Below, piece after piece: positions 1-9,545 of a stretch of 64,000 bases of DNA. The translations under genes were made by a program, and so were the position numbers. The stretch spans positions 256,001 through 320,000 of the forward strand of contig CAVYNY010000010.1 in NCBI GenBank assembly GCA_963769935.1, read 5' to 3'. How positions within the stretch are numbered: the first letter of the stretch is position 1; each line of letters begins with the position of its first letter. This DNA is from an uncultured delta proteobacterium. Lineage in GTDB: Bacteria; Desulfobacterota; Desulfobacteria; Desulfobacterales; JAFDCJ01. The notes under the pieces were generated by a model. That model was given only the letters and a program-made list of their open reading frames with translations. It had not been told where the DNA came from and ran no database searches.

Positions 1-131
1 GCGGCCGGGCCCTGAAGCAGGGCGGTAAAAATCACGCCCACCGAGCCGCAGGCAAATGCCACGGGCAGTCCCAGTCCCAACAGGAAGAACAAGGATCCGA
101 ACATCAATACGGTAATCCATTCAATACTCAT
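1..131 (-). CDS. dctM: TRAP transporter large permease (DctM family), N-terminus only; runs off the window edge
   Basis: Hand translation MSIEWITVLMFGSLFFLLGLGLPVAFACGSVG... shows the DctM N-terminal GLPVAF motif; the ATG overlaps the dctQ stop (ATGA). Confidence 0.85.
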   Translation of the reverse strand, partial: MSIEWITVLMFGSLFFLLGLGLPVAFACGSVGVIFTALLQGPA

Positions 132-676
132 GTCATTTCCCTCCCTGTTATCGCTACATGTAAATCCCGAATCCACCAGACGATACCCTGCAGTAACAGC
201 ATCAGAGCCCCGAACGGCATCATGAATTTAACCGGATAATAGGGAGGGGACCAGTCGGTCAGAGACAGTTCTCCCGGAACCGTTATGCCCAGGAAGGTTC
301 CGCCCCCATGCATGGTTTGAGAACTCCAGTAAAAGGTCCAGCAGGTCCAGAGCAGCACCCCGTTGAAAATAAAGAAAAAAATGCTGGTGAAAAGATCCAG
401 AAAGGCCCGTGTCCTTCTTGAACGGGTGGCATAGAAGACGTCCACCCTCACATGCGCGCGGTGATAGTGACAATAACCCGCTACAAACATGTACTGAATG
501 GCAAATAAAATGGTCATGGTTTCATGACCCCAGTTGGTCGGCAATCCGAAAACATAGCGCATCACAACTTCAAATGTGATCACTGAAACCGCCGCCAGTG
601 TTACCCCGACCATCATCTTGCCGATAAAGATGTTGGTTTTCTCGATGGCGATCATGAATTTTCTCAAACGTTTCAT
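128..676 (-). CDS. dctQ: TRAP transporter small permease (DctQ family)
   Basis: 182 aa, about 4 TM helices, EVVMRYVF and HVRVDVF motifs; lies between dctP and dctM. Confidence 0.9.
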   Translation of the reverse strand: MKRLRKFMIAIEKTNIFIGKMMVGVTLAAVSVITFEVVMRYVFGLPTNWGHETMTILFAIQYMFVAGYCHYHRAHVRVDVFYATRSRRTRAFLDLFTSIFFFIFNGVLLWTCWTFYWSSQTMHGGGTFLGITVPGELSLTDWSPPYYPVKFMMPFGALMLLLQGIVWWIRDLHVAITGREMT

Positions 677-777
677 GGAATATCCTCACACTGCCCGAAA
701 TTCCGATATCAAGTGCCTTAGGAATCCATTCCATTTCTGGATTCAGAACTGGAATATCTCCCCCCTATAAAAAGATA

Positions 778-803
778 GGGAAGGGATGCGAGCACCCCTT
801 CCC
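778..803 (-). terminator. Stem-loop downstream of dctP (terminator or mRNA-stabilising hairpin)
   Basis: GGGAAGGG...CCCTTCCC inverted repeat followed on the minus strand by a T-rich tract. Confidence 0.5.
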
Positions 804-816
804 GTTAAAATTCGAA

Positions 817-1968
817 TTAAAATTCCAGTTTTTTACCGTCGTAATCGACCATATCCGCATCTGTAATATAGTCCATCTTGACGGATTTCATGTATGCCAG
901 CTGGGACTTGAAGGCCTTCATCGCCCGCGGCGACTTCTTGGCCCACTTGACCCACATCGCCGGCGCAAACCGCCGGAACTTGGCAATGTCTTCTTCGGTC
1001 AGGCGGATGACCTCCACGCCCTGTTCTTTCTGAAACTTTTCAAAGGCCACGATATCGGCCGCCTGAATCGCCGTGTATTGGTCCCTGGAATGTTCGACCA
1101 TGGCCGCTTCCAGCAGCGCCTGCAGATGCGGCGGAATTTTCTTCCAGGAATTCATATTGATGGCAATTCCCATCAGGTCGACGGGCTGATGCAGGCACGG
1201 CGTCGACGGCGGACCCATGATGATGTACTTGGCGATTTCGCCGAATCCCAGGTTGTAGTTGATGGCGGCCCCCACGTAGTCGGCACCGTCGATAACGCCT
1301 TTTTCCAGGGCCGGGTAGACCTCGCCGCCCGGCAGCAGTACCGTGGCCACACCGGCGGCCCGGTAAATATCGGCGATGATACCGCCCGGGTAGCGGATCT
1401 TTTTGCCCTTGAAATCCTCAAAGTGCCGGATCGGCACCTTGGAGTGGATCAGGTTGTCGTCGTGCTGGATGGGGCCGATCCAGTACATGTTTTGTTCGCC
1501 ATAGGCCTCGCGGGCAAGTTCTTTGCCGCCCAGCACGGTATACCAGGTATCCCATTGATCCGGCCGGTCCATCCCAAAGGGATAGGACGACAGAAAGGTT
1601 GCCACCGGAATCTTGCCCGGCCAGTAAACCTCGAAGCAGTGCATGGAGTCGAAAACACCGGCCTTGACGGCATCAAACATCTCGAACGTGCCCACGATGG
1701 CGCCGGCCGGAAACCCCTCGACTACCAGTTTGCCCTCGGTCATATTGCCGACATTGGCACAAAACTCCTTGAATTTCGTAAAACCCAGGGTCCCGGCATC
1801 CCAGGCCGTCTGCATCTTGATGGTAATGGTTTCGGCAGCCGAAAGACGCATCACGGCCGGAAAACCGATCGAGCCTGCGGCAGCGCCGGCCACGGCGGCT
1901 GTCTTCAGGAATTTCCGGCGGGACAGTTTCTGGTTCTTTGTCTTGTCTTGCTTTACTTTTTCTGACAT
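817..1968 (-). CDS. dctP: TRAP substrate-binding protein (DctP/TakP-like) with Tat signal peptide
   Basis: SRRKFLK twin-arginine motif; FKGKKIR, EVYPALEKGVIDGAD motifs. Confidence 0.9.
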   Translation of the reverse strand: MSEKVKQDKTKNQKLSRRKFLKTAAVAGAAAGSIGFPAVMRLSAAETITIKMQTAWDAGTLGFTKFKEFCANVGNMTEGKLVVEGFPAGAIVGTFEMFDAVKAGVFDSMHCFEVYWPGKIPVATFLSSYPFGMDRPDQWDTWYTVLGGKELAREAYGEQNMYWIGPIQHDDNLIHSKVPIRHFEDFKGKKIRYPGGIIADIYRAAGVATVLLPGGEVYPALEKGVIDGADYVGAAINYNLGFGEIAKYIIMGPPSTPCLHQPVDLMGIAINMNSWKKIPPHLQALLEAAMVEHSRDQYTAIQAADIVAFEKFQKEQGVEVIRLTEEDIAKFRRFAPAMWVKWAKKSPRAMKAFKSQLAYMKSVKMDYITDADMVDYDGKKLEF

Positions 1969-2117
1969 TAGCTACCTCCTTGGCACAATAGGGTTTAGAG
2001 AATTTTTCGGACCTTAGCAATGCTCGCAACCGTGGTCCTTTCCACTATAAAACGCGATCGCCTGCGATTGATCTATGCCCTGAATCCAAACAGGAAGATG
2101 ACGCATTTAGACCAATA

Positions 2118-2132
2118 TTCCACAATATGGAA
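2118..2132. promoter_or_regulatory. Putative IclR-family operator TTCCACAATATGGAA
   Basis: Near-palindrome upstream of dctP; its exact reverse complement recurs at 2390-2404. Confidence 0.6.
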
Positions 2133-2389
2133 CACGATTCTACATTTTCGTCCGCACGTGTAGCAGATGAAACATTTCTGTGTCAAGCAAAATTTATTTT
2201 TTCCGTTATTCCTTTTAAGGTAGAAGCCCGCAGCTACAGCATCTGTTCAAACAATGGTGGATCCAAACAGGGATATCCATCCTTGAACACTGCTGCCGTC
2301 AACCGTCCGGCTGCCGGACTGCCATTTAACGAAAGTTGCTTGACAGCGCTTTGAGGATGCGGTAGGTAGCTCCATATTATAAAAACGAA

Positions 2390-2404
2390 TTCCATATTGT
2401 GGAA
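2390..2404. promoter_or_regulatory. Putative IclR-family operator TTCCATATTGTGGAA (autoregulatory site)
   Basis: 5 nt upstream of the iclR ATG; reverse complement of 2118-2132. Confidence 0.6.
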
Positions 2405-2409
2405 CATCC

Positions 2410-3168
2410 ATGAAATCACTTTTGAAGGCAATCGATACCATTGAGGCCGTTGGGCGGGCAGGGAGCGTGGGAATTCGTGAGCTCTCGTCAATGACCGGCT
2501 TTCCTCCGTCGACCATCCATCGAATCGTCGCTACCCTGATGGCAAAGCATTACTTGCGCCAGGATCCTTTTACCAAACGCTATTCACTTTCATTCCGGTT
2601 TTTAGAACTCGGTTCCCAGGTCCAAAAACAGTTTCATCTGGTCTCCATCGCACGGCCTCATTTGGAGGGGCTTATGGCTGATGCGAAGGAAAGCGTCAAT
2701 CTCGCTGTTCAGGACGGAGACGGCGTCGTATACCTGGATTGCGTGCAAAGCAACTATTCCATGCTTCAGCTATTCACCAAACCGGGGGCCCGGGTGCCGC
2801 TATATGCCACAGCGGTAGGTAAAATGTTTCTCAGCCAGATGACGGAATCCGACCTCAATGGGTATCTGGATCGGACCCGCCTCACCCTCAATACCCCGTA
2901 TACTCGCATTGAACCCGGTGAAATCATCGAAGATCTGAAACAGATCCGGCTCCAGGGATATTCGGTAGACGATGAGGAAATGGAAGAAGGCGTGCGGTGT
3001 GTGGCGGCGCTCATCTACGACCACACCAAAAAACCCGCCGCAGCCATTTCAATTTCCGGCGCTTCCATGCGGGTTGCCCCCGCCCGGATATCGTATTTTG
3101 GAGAGTTAACCAAATCCTGCGCTGCTGCCATATCCAGCGAACTGGGATTTAATCACAGCATCAAATGA
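2410..3168 (+). CDS. IclR-family transcriptional regulator
   Basis: N-terminal wHTH (STIHRIVATL) and C-terminal signature GYSVDDEEMEEGVRCVAA...AAISISG. Confidence 0.93.
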   Translation: MKSLLKAIDTIEAVGRAGSVGIRELSSMTGFPPSTIHRIVATLMAKHYLRQDPFTKRYSLSFRFLELGSQVQKQFHLVSIARPHLEGLMADAKESVNLAVQDGDGVVYLDCVQSNYSMLQLFTKPGARVPLYATAVGKMFLSQMTESDLNGYLDRTRLTLNTPYTRIEPGEIIEDLKQIRLQGYSVDDEEMEEGVRCVAALIYDHTKKPAAAISISGASMRVAPARISYFGELTKSCAAAISSELGFNHSIK

Positions 3169-3436
3169 CCCGCCTCTAAAAATTGTTTATTAAGATGATT
3201 CCTGTTTACCGGTTGACTTTTGGGCCGCGATAATTTAGTTTGCTGACCCGTCTCATATTATATTGATGTTTTTAAAAGGAGCAAGAGAAAAAGGTTAATG
3301 CCCTCCCCTGCAGCGCCCTTAAAGGAATATCCTCTGAAATCAGGCATGCAAATCAAAAAGCGATGCCTTATGTTGTTGGGCGTCTAGGACGCTAAGCCAT
3401 TAATATCAAACCAAATAGATCTCTTTAAGTTGACAA

Positions 3437-4549
3437 ATGGCGGACCCGGCCGATAAAAATTCCATGCATAATGATTACAAAGCGCCGCAGTTGTGGGGTT
3501 GGCCCACCTATTTGAGCATTTTTATCGCGGTTGTAATTCTGGTATTCGCTGCAACCATGGTGAATCTCAAAGAAATCTGGCACGAAATCGAAAATTGCGA
3601 CAAGCGCTTAGTCCTGTGCGGGGCCCTGGCGCATTACGCGACCTATTTGATGCGCGGCATGCGCTGGCGGTGCTGCCTGACCCATTTGCCGGTGAAAGCC
3701 GGGACTGCTAAATTCGGCCTGCTCGTATTTTTTTATAATTTTGTGGACAATCTGGTACCTGCCAAACTGGGCGATGTATACGCCGCGCACCTGGCCCGCA
3801 TCAACTTCAAAATCCGGCGATCGGCAGCTTTAGGTTCGATCGTATTTTTGCGCATGATTGATGCATGGATCATTCTATTGCTGGCGACAATGGCATCCTG
3901 GGCACTGTTTGCCGACCGGCTTCCCGGCGCAGTCCTCTGGAGCCTGATCGGCGGTGCAATTATAGCCGTGGGGGCGACGTCCATCATGCTGGTGTTTTTC
4001 TTATTCAAAAAGAAACTTCCCGCCTGGCTACCCGAAAAAATTCAGCAGATGATTCAATCCTTTCACACCGGTATGTGGCCCAGACCCAAACAATTATTCC
4101 CGATCGCCGTTCTAACACTAATTATCTGGGCGCTGGAGACGGTCTGGATTCTCTCGCTGGCTCTGGCTTTTGACCTGCACATCGGTGCGGTTGAAGCTGT
4201 TTTTCTGACGATGATACCGCTGCTGGCCTCGGGCTTTCCGTTCACGCCCTCCGGGGCCGGTGTCGTGGAAATCACCCTTTTCAGCTGTTTGCGGGTGATG
4301 GGAATATCATCACCGGTTGCCGGCTCGTTGACAGTCGTCAATCGATTCATAGACTACTGGCTTCACATTGCACTGGGAGTGGTGATTTGGGCCGTCAGGC
4401 GTGTAATTGGCCTGCGAACCTGGCGCGACGTCCCCCTTACGGATTTGAAAAAAAACGGTTCGACTGAAATTCCTTTAACCTTGAATCCCGCCTGCAGCGG
4501 GAAACCCTGCCTCCGGCCGGATGGCCGACGGCCCGGAGGGAACCTTTGA
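3437..4549 (+). CDS. Lysylphosphatidylglycerol synthase TM domain / flippase-like membrane protein (UPF0104)
   Basis: RGMRW, NLVPAKLGD and PFTPSGAGVVE motifs; multiple TM helices. Confidence 0.8.
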   Translation: MADPADKNSMHNDYKAPQLWGWPTYLSIFIAVVILVFAATMVNLKEIWHEIENCDKRLVLCGALAHYATYLMRGMRWRCCLTHLPVKAGTAKFGLLVFFYNFVDNLVPAKLGDVYAAHLARINFKIRRSAALGSIVFLRMIDAWIILLLATMASWALFADRLPGAVLWSLIGGAIIAVGATSIMLVFFLFKKKLPAWLPEKIQQMIQSFHTGMWPRPKQLFPIAVLTLIIWALETVWILSLALAFDLHIGAVEAVFLTMIPLLASGFPFTPSGAGVVEITLFSCLRVMGISSPVAGSLTVVNRFIDYWLHIALGVVIWAVRRVIGLRTWRDVPLTDLKKNGSTEIPLTLNPACSGKPCLRPDGRRPGGNL

Positions 4550-4574
4550 ACCCTAAAACACGAGGAAACATCGC

Positions 4575-5837
4575 ATGGCACTCATCGGATCGATACCCCG
4601 CAGGTGCGTGAATCTTCCGCCGGGAAGCTTAAAGACCCTGGCAAGTTGTGTAATCGGTCAAAAAGTGCAACACGGTTCGGCAATTGAGGAATTCTCCCGG
4701 AAGTTCGCCGATTGGCTCGGGGCATCCCACGTATTCGGTACATCTTCGGGCCGCTCGGCGTTTCAGCTTGCCCTGGAAGCATTAGGGATAGAAAAGGGTG
4801 CCGAAATCATTTTCCCGGTTTTCACTTTTCCGGTAATGCCCCTGGTGGCAAAGCTGCTCGGTTATCGGCCGGTATTTTGCGAAGTTGATCCCAAAACCTA
4901 CAATTCCGGTCCCGAACACATTGCCCCCAAAATTACCGACAGAACGGGTGCCGTCCTGGCCACGCATCTTTTCGGTCAGCCCTGTCCCATCGGTCAGATA
5001 GCGGATCTGACCCGTCAGCGCAATATTCGCCTCTTGGAGGACTGCGCCCATGCCTGCGGAGTCAGGGTCGCCGGCAGGCAGGTCGGCACTTTCGGCGACA
5101 TAGGCGTTTTCAGTTTTGCCGAAGGTAAAAATATGCCCTGCCTCGGCGGAGGAGCAATAGCAACCTCCGATGATGAGATAGCTGCCAGAGCCGCACAAAT
5201 ATTGAATGAGACTCCCCTGCCGGCCAAAGATGCGATTACAAGAAAGGCTTTCTCGGTCTGGCTCAAATGGCTTTTGACGCGCCCAATTGTCTTCGGTCTT
5301 ACGGCATACCCGGCTTTGCGGTTGAAGCTGATAATGGGGCAGCCGCTGATGGATTCCGCGGTCGGTGATGAGCTGCTCGAAGAGTTTGAAAACTCCAACC
5401 CGCAGATCAGACCTTTGTCTAATCTGCAGGCCGCCATCGGATTGCTCCAGCTCAATCATATCGATGCGTTTAATGAAGGCGCCCGTCGCAACGCCGCAAT
5501 CCTGACAAAAATGCTGCATGACGTGCCGGGTATTGAAGCGCCGGCTGTGGTCGAGGGGGACCATATTTACGTCTACTATCCCCTGACGGTGGATCCGTCA
5601 AAACGCGATGATCTGCGACACCATCTATTAAAACATGGATTCGATACCAAAACCTCCGATATGTCGGATTGTACGGCCCTTGCGCCTTTCAAGAAAACCG
5701 CAGCAACCGGCAATGATCAAGGTCCGCCGAAAGAAGCTTCCATTCTGGAAATCTGTGTGTATCCGGTAATCCCGGAATCCGAAATGCGCCGGTTGGGCAA
5801 CACCGTCCGAGGCTGGGCGGGGTTGACGGCAAAATAG
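4575..5837 (+). CDS. DegT/DnrJ/EryC1/StrS-family PLP aminotransferase
   Basis: SSGRSA, THLFG, EDCAHACG and SFAEGKN (PLP lysine) motifs. Confidence 0.88.
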   Translation: MALIGSIPRRCVNLPPGSLKTLASCVIGQKVQHGSAIEEFSRKFADWLGASHVFGTSSGRSAFQLALEALGIEKGAEIIFPVFTFPVMPLVAKLLGYRPVFCEVDPKTYNSGPEHIAPKITDRTGAVLATHLFGQPCPIGQIADLTRQRNIRLLEDCAHACGVRVAGRQVGTFGDIGVFSFAEGKNMPCLGGGAIATSDDEIAARAAQILNETPLPAKDAITRKAFSVWLKWLLTRPIVFGLTAYPALRLKLIMGQPLMDSAVGDELLEEFENSNPQIRPLSNLQAAIGLLQLNHIDAFNEGARRNAAILTKMLHDVPGIEAPAVVEGDHIYVYYPLTVDPSKRDDLRHHLLKHGFDTKTSDMSDCTALAPFKKTAATGNDQGPPKEASILEICVYPVIPESEMRRLGNTVRGWAGLTAK

Positions 5838-5898
5838 TCAGCGTCAGATCCCCCCGGACACCCGTGGCATATTTACCGACGACGTGTTAAATGGACTT

Positions 5899-5935
5899 GA
5901 TTGAATATTTTCGATTGAATATTGAATATTTAAGG
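5899..5935. repeat. 37-bp dispersed AT-rich repeat (TTGAATA units); inverted copy at 27679-27715
   Basis: Reverse complement matches 27679-27715 with 3 mismatches. Confidence 0.75.
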
Positions 5936-5988
5936 TATTCTTTCTATTATAAAAATCGATCTAAAATGGTGAAAGAAACTATAATCTC

Positions 5989-6672
5989 ATGACAATTCTA
6001 GATAACATCCAAATTCAGTTAGACCTTGAGGCAGTTCGTAGGAGGCTTCATCTGAAGCGGGATAACGACTTGAAAGTTCTTCAGGACCTGGTAGCTATTG
6101 CGCAGCCCCTGGTTGAGCCCAAAGTGCTCTATAAAGTCTGCTTTATTGAAGAAAAGCGCGAGCAGGGCGTCATTATTGAGAGTCTGTACTTTAGCAGCAA
6201 GGTATTACGTAAAAACCTGGATAAAATAGAACGCGTTTTTCCGTTTGTGATTACCATCGGAAGCAGATTCAGTGAGCAACTTGAAGCCTGCAGCGATTTA
6301 CTGGAAAAATTTTATCTTGATACGATCGGCAATGTCGCTTTGAACCAGGTGCGGCTGGAGTTAAAAAATCATCTAAAATCTGATTATGCTATTGAAAAAA
6401 CCGCTTTCATGGCCCCCGGCTCCCTGCCGGACTGGCCGATAAACGAGCAAATGCCTCTCTTTAAACTTCTCGGGGATGTGGAGGCGTCCGTCGGAGTCAA
6501 ATTAACGGAAAGCCTCTTGATGCTTCCGGCCAAGTCCGTATCCGGAATATATTTCCCCACCGAAACGTCTTTTTTCAGCTGTCAACTGTGCCCGCGCGAA
6601 CGCTGCGATTCACGCAAAGCAGGATACAACGAGAAACTGGCCCAAGAATACGGAATTAAAAAGTTAGGATAA
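5989..6672 (+). CDS. Vitamin B12-dependent methionine synthase activation-domain-like protein
   Basis: APGSLPDWPINEQ, LMLPAKSVSG and C-terminal CQLCPRERC motifs. Confidence 0.75.
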   Translation: MTILDNIQIQLDLEAVRRRLHLKRDNDLKVLQDLVAIAQPLVEPKVLYKVCFIEEKREQGVIIESLYFSSKVLRKNLDKIERVFPFVITIGSRFSEQLEACSDLLEKFYLDTIGNVALNQVRLELKNHLKSDYAIEKTAFMAPGSLPDWPINEQMPLFKLLGDVEASVGVKLTESLLMLPAKSVSGIYFPTETSFFSCQLCPRERCDSRKAGYNEKLAQEYGIKKLG

Positions 6673-6705
6673 CCCTAGTTTGAAACTACATTTAGTTTCT
6701 TCCAC

Positions 6706-6755
6706 GATCAGACTGGACGCTCGCGGCCAGAGGCGGCGCTTATATGAAACTTCAT
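6706..6755. repeat. Dispersed repeat GATCAGACTGGACGCTCGCGGCCAGAGGCGGCGCT (second copy at 63097)
   Basis: 35 nt identical to 63097-63131; similarity continues through TATGAAAC. Confidence 0.9.
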
Positions 6756-6885
6756 CAGTTTCTTTTTTGATCCGACCGACCATTTGGCCGGCGGCTGGGC
6801 CGAACTGTGAACCCTGCTTGTGGGGTCGACTTGGGGAGCCGGAGCCCGAAGGACGGAACCCCACGGAGCCCAAGCCTCTGAACTC

Positions 6886-8133
6886 ATGATAAATAACTTG
6901 TCCAACCGCTGGCTGATTTTTGCGCTGGCCGCATCCCTTTTTCTTCTCTCTCAATTTTATCGGGTCTCCAATGCCGTTATCGCCCCCAGGTTGATTGCGG
7001 ATCTGTCCCTGGACACAGAGGCGATCGGTTTGATGTCGGCCTCCTTTTTCTACGCCTTTGCGCTCACTCAAGTACCCATCAGTCTGTTGCTTGATAAACT
7101 CGGACCCCGAAGCATGATGACCGTTCTCTCGGCGATAGGCGTGTTCGGCGCGGTTATCTTTTCCTGGGCGGATTCATTGGCGATGGGGGTGGCGGGACGT
7201 GTTCTGCTTGGGGTGGGCATGGCCTGCAATCTAATGGGATCATACAAACTTTTAACTATGTGGTTCAGCCCGCGGGCCTTTGGCTCCGTGGCGGGAATCT
7301 TGGCGGCGGTTGGAACCCTGGGGAATATGGTGGCCGCAACGCCCCTGGTGTTAATGGTCGAACAAATGGGCTGGCGTCCGAGCTTCCAACTGATTGCGAT
7401 AATCAACCTATTGCTGACAATATCCTTTTATATCATCGTGCGGGACCGACCCCGGCATCGTGCTTCCGATTCAGAATCTGCCGCCGCATCCATGAATATT
7501 AAGCAGGCCTGTGACAATTTGAAAAGCCTCTTCAAACAAAAAGAATATTGGATCATCTCATTTGCAACCTTTGCCCGCTATGGAATCTTTGCAGCTTTCC
7601 AGGCCCTGTGGGCCGGGCCTTATCTGATGGAAGTCATCGGTCTTTCTGCTCTGGCTACCGGCAATCTCATTCTGCTTTTAAATGTGGGCATGATTTTAGG
7701 CTCACCGTTCTGGGGCGCATTGTCCGACCGGCTGTTTAAAACGCGCAAGTGGGTGATTGTTGCCGGCTGCCTCGGCACAGCCATGTCCGTTATTTTCCTG
7801 GCGGCAATATCGACCCAAACACCCTTCTCCGTGCTGGCCCTTCTTTTTTTCTGCTTCGGCTTTTTTAATGCCACCGGCTTATTAATGTATCCCCACATCA
7901 AAGAGCTGATGCCTTCAGAGATGTCGGGCGCCGCCATGACCGGCATTAACTTTTTTACCATGATCGGGCCGGCCGTTTTTTTACAGGGATTGGGAACGCT
8001 GATGCAGACGCTTTATCCGGAAGCTTCCCGGGGACCGAATGCTTTCAAGGCCGTGTTTGTAGTTTGTCTTTTTTTCCTGCTGATGGTGGCGCTATTATAT
8101 AGTTTTACAGGAGAAAAACGTTTGGAAGGTTGA
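6886..8133 (+). CDS. MFS transporter
   Basis: About 12 TM helices, LLDKLGPR and LSDRLFKTRK loop motifs; start taken at MINNLS. Confidence 0.88.
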   Translation: MINNLSNRWLIFALAASLFLLSQFYRVSNAVIAPRLIADLSLDTEAIGLMSASFFYAFALTQVPISLLLDKLGPRSMMTVLSAIGVFGAVIFSWADSLAMGVAGRVLLGVGMACNLMGSYKLLTMWFSPRAFGSVAGILAAVGTLGNMVAATPLVLMVEQMGWRPSFQLIAIINLLLTISFYIIVRDRPRHRASDSESAAASMNIKQACDNLKSLFKQKEYWIISFATFARYGIFAAFQALWAGPYLMEVIGLSALATGNLILLLNVGMILGSPFWGALSDRLFKTRKWVIVAGCLGTAMSVIFLAAISTQTPFSVLALLFFCFGFFNATGLLMYPHIKELMPSEMSGAAMTGINFFTMIGPAVFLQGLGTLMQTLYPEASRGPNAFKAVFVVCLFFLLMVALLYSFTGEKRLEG

Positions 8134-8412
8134 GATCGTTAAGTTCGTTGGGATCGTTGAGACCGTTGTAATTGATTTGGGTAGGAATCGCTTGACTTGG
8201 TGAAGTTGAGTCGCCCCGCCGTGTCGATTATGCTTAAAACTCCGTCAACTGCAGGAATGGGCTGCCCCAAAAACAATTCACCCGTTCGAATGCTTACATT
8301 AATAACTTATTAATATAAAATATAAAAAATAGTTTCCAAAACGTTTCGATTCCAACCCGCAACAGTTGATATTTTGAAAAATTTCAAAGTTAGAAGGTTG
8401 TTGTAACGGACA

Positions 8413-8688
8413 TTATACGAACTCAATAGTAAGATCGGGAAATTCATTTTGAAATTCAGTTTCGAGCTTTTTGAGAATAGATGCTGAAAGTACCATGGCG
8501 ATTCCCGCGCAGGCTGAACATCTTGGTTGACGGCTCACAAAATCCGTAAAGATATAGAGCAAATCATGATCCTCGCTATAACGGACTTTTTTAACCAGTC
8601 CGAGTTGCGCGACGGACAGGTCGCTTTCGGGGTCTTTTACCCGGTCTAGAACCGATTCTATTTTTTCTTGCATCATGCGGTTCATCAT
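8413..8688 (-). CDS. DUF59 / iron-sulfur cluster assembly domain protein
   Basis: LDRVKDPESDLSVAQLGLV motif plus CxxC. Confidence 0.7.
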   Translation of the reverse strand: MMNRMMQEKIESVLDRVKDPESDLSVAQLGLVKKVRYSEDHDLLYIFTDFVSRQPRCSACAGIAMVLSASILKKLETEFQNEFPDLTIEFV

Positions 8689-8731
8689 ATCTCGTTCCTT
8701 TTTGCTTTATCCTAATCGATATTATACCAAA

Positions 8732-8873
8732 GAAATAGATTCGCAATCTTTTTGGAATGCTGAACACCCATTGCCGATGCGGCACATATTTTAGCACTTC
8801 TGTGCATAACCATTCGCCGAATTCCACCACTCGCTTCGGATGGCAGGAGGGACAAAAAAATAAAATGCCGGCG
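8732..8873 (-). mobile_element. Remnant of an IS91-family (Y2) transposase zinc-binding domain
   Basis: Reads RRHF..CPSCHPKRVVEFGEWLCTEVLKYVPHRQWVFSIPKRLRIYF, typical of the IS91-like N-terminal region; no start and no catalytic domain. Confidence 0.75.
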
Positions 8874-9545
8874 GGTGAACAAGGGGCCTCACCGATTGTA
8901 GTTCTGTAAAACGGCTGATAAGAACAGCGATTCGTCCATCTATAGGTCTTGAGAAGTGCATGTCGTAAATAAGCCAGCGAGGACCTGATTGCGGCGGTTT
9001 GAGCAGGTTCCTCTGCCGGTCAGGCCCTTGCTGGGATCGACGATACTTAAGCCGAGGATGATACTCGGAATCAAAACCGTTTTCATTTTTGTATTCATGC
9101 TACACCTCAATCAAATTATTTTTTTATATATTGTGGCTATTTCTGTTTATAGCTCGCTATAAGAATAATCATACCGGCTCGATTTGTGTATGGGTGAAAG
9201 GTTGTATTTTTCTTCGAAATATGTAGTATGGGAGTCCCCATTGGAAGGCCCCCGTGGTATCATTATCGGGGATATACGATGGAATTATTTGCCATACAAT
9301 GGAATCGTGCCGTTATCACCGGTGAATACAAAATATGCGTTTCAGGCTTTCCGCGCAAATAATGAATCCTTTGACGACATAACTGCTTTCGATTATCGGA
9401 TAACCATCGTTGTTTTCCGTTTAAGCCTTTTGCAAGTCGGCGATTTTCTTTAAATCCGGGCAGGGTCGCGGACAGGCGGCGGGGTTGGAATGCGTGTCCC
9501 GATCTCTGCGGCCGTTGCGACCTTGTTGCGGAGAAGGCTATTAGC

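Noticed and set aside
1078..1965. Long antisense ORFs (also 9576-10745, 19939-21024, 22474-23448, 39367-40284)
   Set aside because: Shadow frames opposite well-supported genes, with no motifs
8332..8380. GTTTCGATTCCAAC next to an AT-rich tract, resembling a CRISPR repeat end and leader
   Set aside because: Single copy, no spacers, no cas genes in the window
9184..9453. 89-aa ORF
   Set aside because: TTG start, no RBS or recognisable motif; probably spurious
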